Of a stretch of DNA of 64,000 nucleotides, positions 57,586-64,000 are shown in pieces. Position 1 is the stretch's first letter, and the number at the start of each line of letters is the position of its first letter. A model generated the notes under the pieces. It was not told the DNA's origin. It ran no database searches and saw only the letters and a list, made by a program, of their open reading frames with translations. The DNA lies in contig CAWHTV010000004.1 in the NCBI GenBank assembly GCA_963832395.1, positions 69,284-133,283 on the forward strand, in the 5' to 3' direction. The translations under genes were made by a program, and so were the position numbers. Origin of the DNA: an uncultured delta proteobacterium. GTDB lineage: Bacteria > Desulfobacterota > Binatia > Binatales > Binataceae.

Positions 57586-58920
57586 TTCGGGCGTCATGTG
57601 CAGCGGCAGCGAGATGGCCGGTTGGCCTGCGATATTCCAAGGCGCGGTAAAGGGACTGACCTCGTTGAGCCGCACACCGACGTTGCGCGGATGTTCGCCG
57701 GGGCGGGTTTTGAAGATTCCCAGTTCCGGCGCCGGCCGCGCCATCGTGGGCGTCGCCAGCACGTCGAACCCGCCGCTCCACCATCCGGCCGCCGCGCGGG
57801 AGAAGTGGTTGAACCACTCGCACGCCGCCAGGTAGTCGACCAGCTTCAAACGCCGACCGCGCTCGATCAGGAACCAGGTCCATTCGTCGAAATCATCAGG
57901 GCCGACCGCGCGCCCAAGCATCGGCTCGACCACCGCGGCCTGCCGCGCCACGCCGCCGGCTACGACCCGGCCAAAGGCGGAGCTGAGCGTGACCTCGTCG
58001 AGCACCGCGGGGAAATTCGCCTCGACCTTGTGACCGAGCGACTCCAGCAATTTCGCGGCGGCGCGCACCGCTCCCACGCATTCGGGATGAAGCCCCGGAT
58101 GAGACAGCGGGGCGCGATCCATGAAACCGATTCGCAACCGGCCCGGCGCCTGGCCGACCTCGTCGCGGAACGGGCGCGCCGGCGCCGGCGCCGTCCACGG
58201 ATCGCCCGGCATGTAACCCGCGACCGCGTCCAGCGCGGCCGCGGCGTCGCGCACGGTACGCACCAGCGCGCCCTCTTCGCACAGCCCATGCCAGAACTCC
58301 GCGTGCGCGGGCCCGAGCGAGGTCCGGCCGCGCGAGGCTTTGAGCCCGACCAGCCCGCAGAAGGAAGCCGGAATTCGGATCGATCCCCCGGCGTCGTTGC
58401 CATGCGCAATCGGCACGAGGCCCGAGGCGACCGCGGCGACCGCGCCGCCGCTCGATCCGCCGGCGATTCGCGCGGTGTCCCACGGATTGCGCGTCGCGCC
58501 CCACGCGCGGGTCTCGGTCGACAGCGTCGCGCCCCACTCGGGCACTGCGCTCTGCGCCAGCGTTATCAGACCGGCCGCACGAAATTTCGCCGCCACATAT
58601 GAGGTCGACCGCGCAATTATTTTGGCGTCCTTGAACGGCTTCCATCCCCAGCTAAACGGCTCGCCCTCGGTCGTCTGCAGCAAGTCCTTCATCAGGAACG
58701 GCACGCCGCGAAAAATGCCGTCAGGGATCGCGTTGCGGTCGCGCGCTTCGGCGCGCGCCTTGTCGTAGCGCGCGAAAATGACGCAGTTGAGTTGCGGGTT
58801 CAGCCGCTCGATCCGCGCGATCGCCGCCTCGGCCAATTCGGCCGGTGTGACCGCGCCCTGGGCGACGAGTTCGGCCTGCGCAGTCGCATCGAGCCAGGTA
58901 AGTTCGTCCTTGCCGCTCAT
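57463..58920 (-). CDS. Amidase signature family amidase (GatA-like)
   Basis: Intact 485 aa: GGSSGGAVAAVASGLVPIAHGNDAGGSIRIPASFCGLVGLKASRGR. Its last 123 bp constitute DR2. Confidence 0.8.
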   Translation of the reverse strand: MSGKDELTWLDATAQAELVAQGAVTPAELAEAAIARIERLNPQLNCVIFARYDKARAEARDRNAIPDGIFRGVPFLMKDLLQTTEGEPFSWGWKPFKDAKIIARSTSYVAAKFRAAGLITLAQSAVPEWGATLSTETRAWGATRNPWDTARIAGGSSGGAVAAVASGLVPIAHGNDAGGSIRIPASFCGLVGLKASRGRTSLGPAHAEFWHGLCEEGALVRTVRDAAAALDAVAGYMPGDPWTAPAPARPFRDEVGQAPGRLRIGFMDRAPLSHPGLHPECVGAVRAAAKLLESLGHKVEANFPAVLDEVTLSSAFGRVVAGGVARQAAVVEPMLGRAVGPDDFDEWTWFLIERGRRLKLVDYLAACEWFNHFSRAAAGWWSGGFDVLATPTMARPAPELGIFKTRPGEHPRNVGVRLNEVSPFTAPWNIAGQPAISLPLHMTPEGLPVGVQFVAAYGREDLLLRLAAQIEQAAPWADRHPRVHA

Positions 58921-58997
58921 CTCGAGATGCCTCTTGAGACAATTCCGATGTCAGTTGATCGCCGCGCTCTCACTCAACGCACGCGCCGTCACACAAC

Positions 58998-60540
58998 TCA
59001 CTCCACCACCGCCTCCGCGGCGACACCCGCGCTCGTACGCTTCAAAAGCATGCACCAGGGCGCCAGGAAAAGTACAACCATCGCGAGCACCCGGTATACG
59101 TCGTTGTACGCGAGCAGCCAGGCCTGCGACGCGGCGCTTGCGGCAACGAGATGATTCGCGGCGCCGGAGACCGGCGTTGCCAGCAAGTGCGCCAGGTGAA
59201 ACCGGCGGCGCGCGGCCAGTAGATTGGTGGAAGCCGCGATACCGGTGGCCGCGCCGATGTTCACCATCATGCTGAACAGGCTGGAGGCGAAGCCCATCCG
59301 CTCGCGCCGGATCTGGCCGAGGCCGACCGCGGTGACCGTCGGGAACACCGCAGCCCAGCCCCAATCCGAACAGGAAGATCGGCCACAGCACCGCGCTCAT
59401 GCTGATGGCGAGACCCCAGTGCGACATGCGCCAGACCTCGTATGCCGCGAGGATGAAGCCGCCGGTGACGAGCGGGCGCATGTCGGTGCCGCGGCGTGAA
59501 AGCTGGCCCACCGCCAACAGCGCGATAACGACGCCAATCCCGCGCGGCGCGACCGCGAGGCCGGCCTTCCACGCGTCGTAGCCGAGCAGCGTCTCCATGA
59601 ACAGCGGATTCAGCAGGTTGATGCTGAACAGCGCCAGCGCCTGAATCGAAATGACCGCCACGGCGAGCGTGAAGCCAAAAATCTTGAACATCCGGAAATC
59701 GATAATCGGTTCGGGAAAGCGCAACTCGTGGAATACGAGCGCGACCGTCGAAACCGCGGACAGCACGCAGGCATAACGCACCCACGGCGCGGCAAACCAT
59801 CCGTCGCGCCCGCCCAGCGGCAAGCACGATTTGAAAAAGTCCCAGCGCCACGAGCGACGAGGATTATCCCGAAGTAGTCGATACGGCCGCCGCCGCGCTG
59901 CCGGCGCAAGTATGGCGGGTCGTGCACGAACGCATACACCATCAGCATCGCGACCACGCCGGTCGGCACGTTGATGAAAAAGATCCAGCGCCAACTCCAG
60001 TTGAGCGTGATCCAGCCGCCAAGCGTGGGGCCGAGGACCGGCGCCGCCATCAGTCCCATCCCGAACGTCGTCATCGCGAGCGTGTGTTCGTCGGGAGGGA
60101 AGGTCTCGATAAGGATTGCCTGCGACAGCGGGATCATCGCGGCGCCCGCCGCGCCCTGGAGCAGGCGGAAGACCACCATCTCGCCCACGCCGCGCGCCAG
60201 CCCGCACATCGCCGAGGTAACTCGCGAACGTCAGCACCGAAGCGAGGAAATAGCGCTTGCGCCCGAAGCGCACCGCGCACCATCCGGTCATCGGAATCGT
60301 CACGCTGACCGCGACCAGGTAGCTGGTGACCACCCAGGTGATCTGGTCGACGTCGGCGGCGAAACTTTTCTGCATGTACGGTAGCGAGACGTTGACGATC
60401 GAGGCGTCGAGCACCGTCATCACCGCGCCGATCATCACCGCCGCAGCGACCAGCCATTTGTGAACGGCCAGCGGATGCGTTTCGGCGGCCGCTTCGAGCG
60501 AAGGAATCGTCATGAAGTCAGACACCGCGGCCCGAATCAA
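58998..60540 (-). CDS. MFS transporter, DHA2 (EmrB/QacA, 14-TMS) family, three or more frameshifts
   Basis: LVAAAVMIGAVMTVLDASIVNVSLPYMQKSF...WVVTSYLVAVSVTIPMTGW from ORF 58951..60540, then VVFRLLQGAAGAAMIPLSQAIL...GPTLGGWITLNWSWRWIFFINVPTG from ORF 59610..60209, then C-terminal fragments in ORFs 59267..59851 and 58998..59348. Confidence 0.65.
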
Positions 60541-60549
60541 CGTCGCCGC

Positions 60550-61663
60550 CTAGCCCAGGTTGCCGGGGTCGAGGCGGTCGCGCAGATGGTCGCCGAGGAA
60601 GTTGAACGACATCACGGTCAGGAAAATGAAAATGCCGGGGATGAGAATCCACGGATAGCGCGCGAGGTTCTGCACATCCTGCGCCTGCGCCAGCAGGTTG
60701 CCCCAACTCGCGGCCGGCTCCTGGATGCCCAGGCCGAGCAGCGAGAGCGCGCTCTCGCCCAGGATGAAGCCCGGAATCGACAGCGTCGCCGCGACGATCG
60801 CGTAGCCGAGCACCGAGGGAATGACGTGGAGGAAAATAACGCGCGCGCGCGAGGCGCCCAGCGCGCGCGCCGCCTCGACGTAGGGGCGCGAGCGCACCGA
60901 CGCCGCCATCCCGCGGATGATCCGGGCGAAACCGGCCCAGCTTATGAAGCTCATGATCGCGACGATCGTGAAGAAGGTCAGTACCGGGCTTACCCCGGAA
61001 GGAATCACCGCCGCCAACGCGAGCAGAAAGTAAAATGACGGCAGCGACATCTCGATCTCCGACCAGCGCATGATCAGATTGTCGGTGAGCCCGCCGACAT
61101 AGCCCGAGAACGCGCCCACCGTGATGCCGAGCGAGAAACTGATCAGCACGCCGATGAGGCCGACGCACATGCTGACGCGCGCGCCATATACGATGCGCGA
61201 GAAGAGGTCGCGGCCCAGCCCGTCGCTGCCCATGATGAAGTAGGGCGCATCGGCCGACTCGGTGGTGAAGAGATGGCCGCGGTGGAGAAATCGGAGGTAG
61301 GTTTTGCGCGAGCGGTCGGGAGAGAAGACGCGCGCCGCCGCGTCGCTCAACCGCATCGGATAGGCGTAGAAAAATCCGTGCGCCCACTCGGCAGGGCGTC
61401 GCCAGATGAAGATGCATCGGCGGACAGTCGGGCAGGTCGCGATACTGGCGAATCGGATCGTACGGCGCAACGAAGGGTGACGCGGCGGCCAGGAAATAGA
61501 ACACCAGCAGGCAGCTAACCGAAAGCCGCACGACCCACGAAGCGCGGCGCCATTCGCGGCCAAGGCCATCCAGCAGCGCGCGGGAGCGCGACGCTCGCGC
61601 GGGCGGCTCGCTGGCCGCCGGGAAGTTGTCAGGGATGGTCGCGTAGGAGGCCGGCATGCTCAA
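60550..61663 (-). CDS. ABC transporter permease, DppC/OppC-like, one frameshift near 61340
   Basis: FIMGSDGLGRDLFSRIVYGARVSMCVGLIGV...NFLGDHLRDRLDP in ORF 60550..61569. N-terminal TM segment LSVSCLLVFYFLAAASPFVAPYDP in ORF 60518..61663. Confidence 0.7.
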
Positions 61664-62640
61664 TCCGCACTAAGCGAGGAGAAGTCGACGCGCGGGTCGA
61701 CCATCACCAGCGCGATATCGGCCAGCAGGTTGCCCAACAACAGCAGCACGGTGCCCATCAGCACCGAGCCCATCACCAGGTAGATGTCGAGCGAGCGCAC
61801 CGCGTCGAGCAGCAGCAGGCCCAGCCCCTGCAGGTTCATCACCGCCTCGATCAGCGCCGCGCCGCCCAGCAGATCGGCGAGGCCATAGCCGGCCAGCGTG
61901 ACGAAGGGATTGAGCGCGTTGCGCAGCACGTGTTTGTACATCACGACGCGTTCCGGCAGGCCCTTGGCGCGCGCCGTGCGCACGAAGTCGGAGTTTTTGA
62001 TCTCGAGGATTTGCGAGCGCATCAGGCGCATCAGCGACGCCATCCCCGCCACGCCCAGCACGAACACCGGCAGGATGAGATGGTTGATGCGGTCGGCGAT
62101 GCGGCCCCAGAAGTCCAGGCTCTCATAGTAAGGCGAAAAAGTTGCGCCTACCGGGAACCATCCGGTGCGCAGCGCCAGGTACATCATCAGGAAGGCGAGA
62201 AAAAAGTTCGGCACCGACATCCCGAAAAACGCCACGAACGACAGCACGCGGTCCCAGATCGAGTTCTGCTTGACCGCGACGACGATCCCGATCGGAATCG
62301 CGACCACCCACGCGAAAATCATGCTCGCCAGCGCCAGGATGACGGTGTTGAACGCGCGCGCGGCGATGAGCGAGGTCACGTTGACCCGGTAGCTCATCGA
62401 CATCCCGAGATTGAAATGGAGCACCTGCCATAGCCACTTCGCATAACGCGCCAGGAGCGGCTGGTCGAGGCCGAATTGCGCCTCCATCTGGCGGATCACC
62501 TGGGGCGAGATGGCCGGGTTGAGCTTTAGGTTGGTGAGAAAGTTACCCGGCGCGAGCGACATCACCAGGAACGACAGGAAAGTGATCCCGATGATCAGCG
62601 GGATCATGTTGAGCAGGCGCTTTATCAGAAACCTGGCCAT
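61660..62640 (-). CDS. ABC transporter permease, DppB/OppB-like
   Basis: Intact 326 aa: MARFLIKRLLNMIPLIIGITFLSFLVMSLAPGNF...VRTARAKGLPERVVMYKHVLRNALNPFVTLAG. Confidence 0.8.
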   Translation of the reverse strand: MARFLIKRLLNMIPLIIGITFLSFLVMSLAPGNFLTNLKLNPAISPQVIRQMEAQFGLDQPLLARYAKWLWQVLHFNLGMSMSYRVNVTSLIAARAFNTVILALASMIFAWVVAIPIGIVVAVKQNSIWDRVLSFVAFFGMSVPNFFLAFLMMYLALRTGWFPVGATFSPYYESLDFWGRIADRINHLILPVFVLGVAGMASLMRLMRSQILEIKNSDFVRTARAKGLPERVVMYKHVLRNALNPFVTLAGYGLADLLGGAALIEAVMNLQGLGLLLLDAVRSLDIYLVMGSVLMGTVLLLLGNLLADIALVMVDPRVDFSSLSAD

Positions 62641-62658
62641 CGCTTGCGCGGCGCTCGA

Positions 62659-64000
62659 TCAGTTGGGCCGGAACTCGATCCATTCGGGCTTGTAGTTGCC
62701 CCACACGGTGGGCTGGAAATTCTCCAGCGAATTCTTCCACGCCTCGTAGCGCACCTGGCGCACAGTCTCGATAATCGGGAGTTGCTGGTACAGGATTTCC
62801 TGGATGCGCCAGTAATACGGCGCACGCTTCAGCGGATCCATCACCATCGTGCCCTGTTCGAGTAGCTGGTCGATCTCGGCCTCCCACGGCGTGGCCGGCT
62901 TGGGCTCCTTTGGGTACCACAGGTGCAGGGCGCCCGACGAGCGCAGAAAGTCGGCGCCATTGTTGGGCTCGATCCCGCCGGTAAAGCCGATCAGCACAAC
63001 GTCCCAGTCATAGGTGGAGTCGAGTTTGTCGACCAGCGTGGTGAACTCCAGCGGACGGTAATTGACCTTGATGCCGATGCGTCGGAGGTCCTGCTGAAAG
63101 ATGACGCACATCTCGTCGCGCACGTTCACGCCGGTGTTGGTCGCTAGGTTAAACTCGATCCGATTGCCCTGCGGGTCGACGCGCATGCCATTGATCAGAC
63201 GGTATCCCGCCTGATCCAGCAGGTCGCCCGCCTCTTTGAGATTGTAGTCGTAGTCCTTGAGGTTGGGATTGTGGAAAACCTTGTTGGCGGGCGAAATGTC
63301 GGAAACCGCCGGCACGCCCAGTCCATGAAAGCACAGATTGATCATCCCCTGCTTGTCGACCGCGTGAGCGATCGCGCGCAGGAAGCGGATGTCGGTGAAC
63401 CAGCGGTACTTGGGATCGGTCACGCCGTTGTGGATGTAGTGATTGGGGTTGCGATTGAAGGCGAAGAACAGTGATCCGGTGTCGATGCCGATTTTCTTGA
63501 CCGTGATCCCGAGTTGCTTCTGCTTGTCGCCGAGATCGACGACTTCCTCGGGGCGCGGCGAGTAAACGTCGATCTGTCCGGCGAGAAAGCGCAGGTACTG
63601 GGCGTTGCCGTCGGGCACAATCTGCAGCGTCTCGCCATGCAGCCGCGGCAACGGCTCGCCCTTTTCGTCGCGCATCCAATAGTCCGGATTGCGATTGAAG
63701 TGGACGAACTGCGCCTGGACGTAACGGGCCATCGCGAACTGGCCCAGCCCAACGATTTTTTCCGGAGCCGTGTTGATGCCCCAGGTATGATTGAACTTGC
63801 CGGCGTCGAGCGCCGTCTCGAGCAGATGCGCCGGCACGATCGGAACGCCAATCGCATAGAGCAGCGGCGCGAACACTCGCGGCATCGTCATCCGCACCGT
63901 GTAGTCGTCCAGCGCCTCGACCTTCAGCGGCTTGCCGTCGACGGTGAGGCTGGGCTCTTCGATATTCGGAACGCGCGGGTCGTAGATCACGCGCATCGTG
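62659..64000 (-). CDS. ABC transporter substrate-binding protein, family 5 (DppA/OppA-like), N-terminus beyond window end
   Basis: 445 aa of open frame running to the window edge with SBP_bac_5 features (PDYWMRDEKGEPLPRLHG...NRNPNHYIHNGVTDPKYRWF...). Confidence 0.8.
   Translation of the reverse strand, partial: TMRVIYDPRVPNIEEPSLTVDGKPLKVEALDDYTVRMTMPRVFAPLLYAIGVPIVPAHLLETALDAGKFNHTWGINTAPEKIVGLGQFAMARYVQAQFVHFNRNPDYWMRDEKGEPLPRLHGETLQIVPDGNAQYLRFLAGQIDVYSPRPEEVVDLGDKQKQLGITVKKIGIDTGSLFFAFNRNPNHYIHNGVTDPKYRWFTDIRFLRAIAHAVDKQGMINLCFHGLGVPAVSDISPANKVFHNPNLKDYDYNLKEAGDLLDQAGYRLINGMRVDPQGNRIEFNLATNTGVNVRDEMCVIFQQDLRRIGIKVNYRPLEFTTLVDKLDSTYDWDVVLIGFTGGIEPNNGADFLRSSGALHLWYPKEPKPATPWEAEIDQLLEQGTMVMDPLKRAPYYWRIQEILYQQLPIIETVRQVRYEAWKNSLENFQPTVWGNYKPEWIEFRPN

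Overview
This is a high-GC (about 67%) bacterial chromosomal segment carrying roughly 65 genes and two tRNAs. No rRNA or CRISPR array was found. No taxon is assigned; the gene content (several luciferase-like monooxygenase genes, a sigma-54 response regulator, a palindromic repeat family) is compatible with a soil Proteobacteria/Acidobacteria-like organism. Housekeeping genes include hrcA, xseA and xseB, tlyA, ctp, a tlpA-like gene, lgt, dtd, trmL, ispE, the tRNA-Gln/prs/rplY(ctc) group, dnaE, trxB, moaC and rlmI. Accessory content includes a CoA-dependent C5-dicarboxylate (itaconate-like) catabolic cluster, three LLM oxidoreductases, an NtrC-type response regulator with a standalone Hpt protein, two ABC permease sets, a DHA2-family MFS transporter, a HigB/HigA-type toxin-antitoxin cassette flanked by a 123-bp duplication of a gene 3' end, three copies of a roughly 150-bp palindromic MITE-like repeat, and three lower-GC islets encoding secreted proteins (a decayed HAF-repeat protein, an 18-Cys protein, and a Kelch/ASH protein with a G8 tract). 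More than half of the genes are broken by apparent 1-bp frameshifts, including dnaE, trxB, lgt and xseA. This points to uncorrected indel errors in the assembly rather than real pseudogenes. The six-frame ORF track therefore had to be stitched across frames, and the coordinates given for frameshifted genes are approximate.
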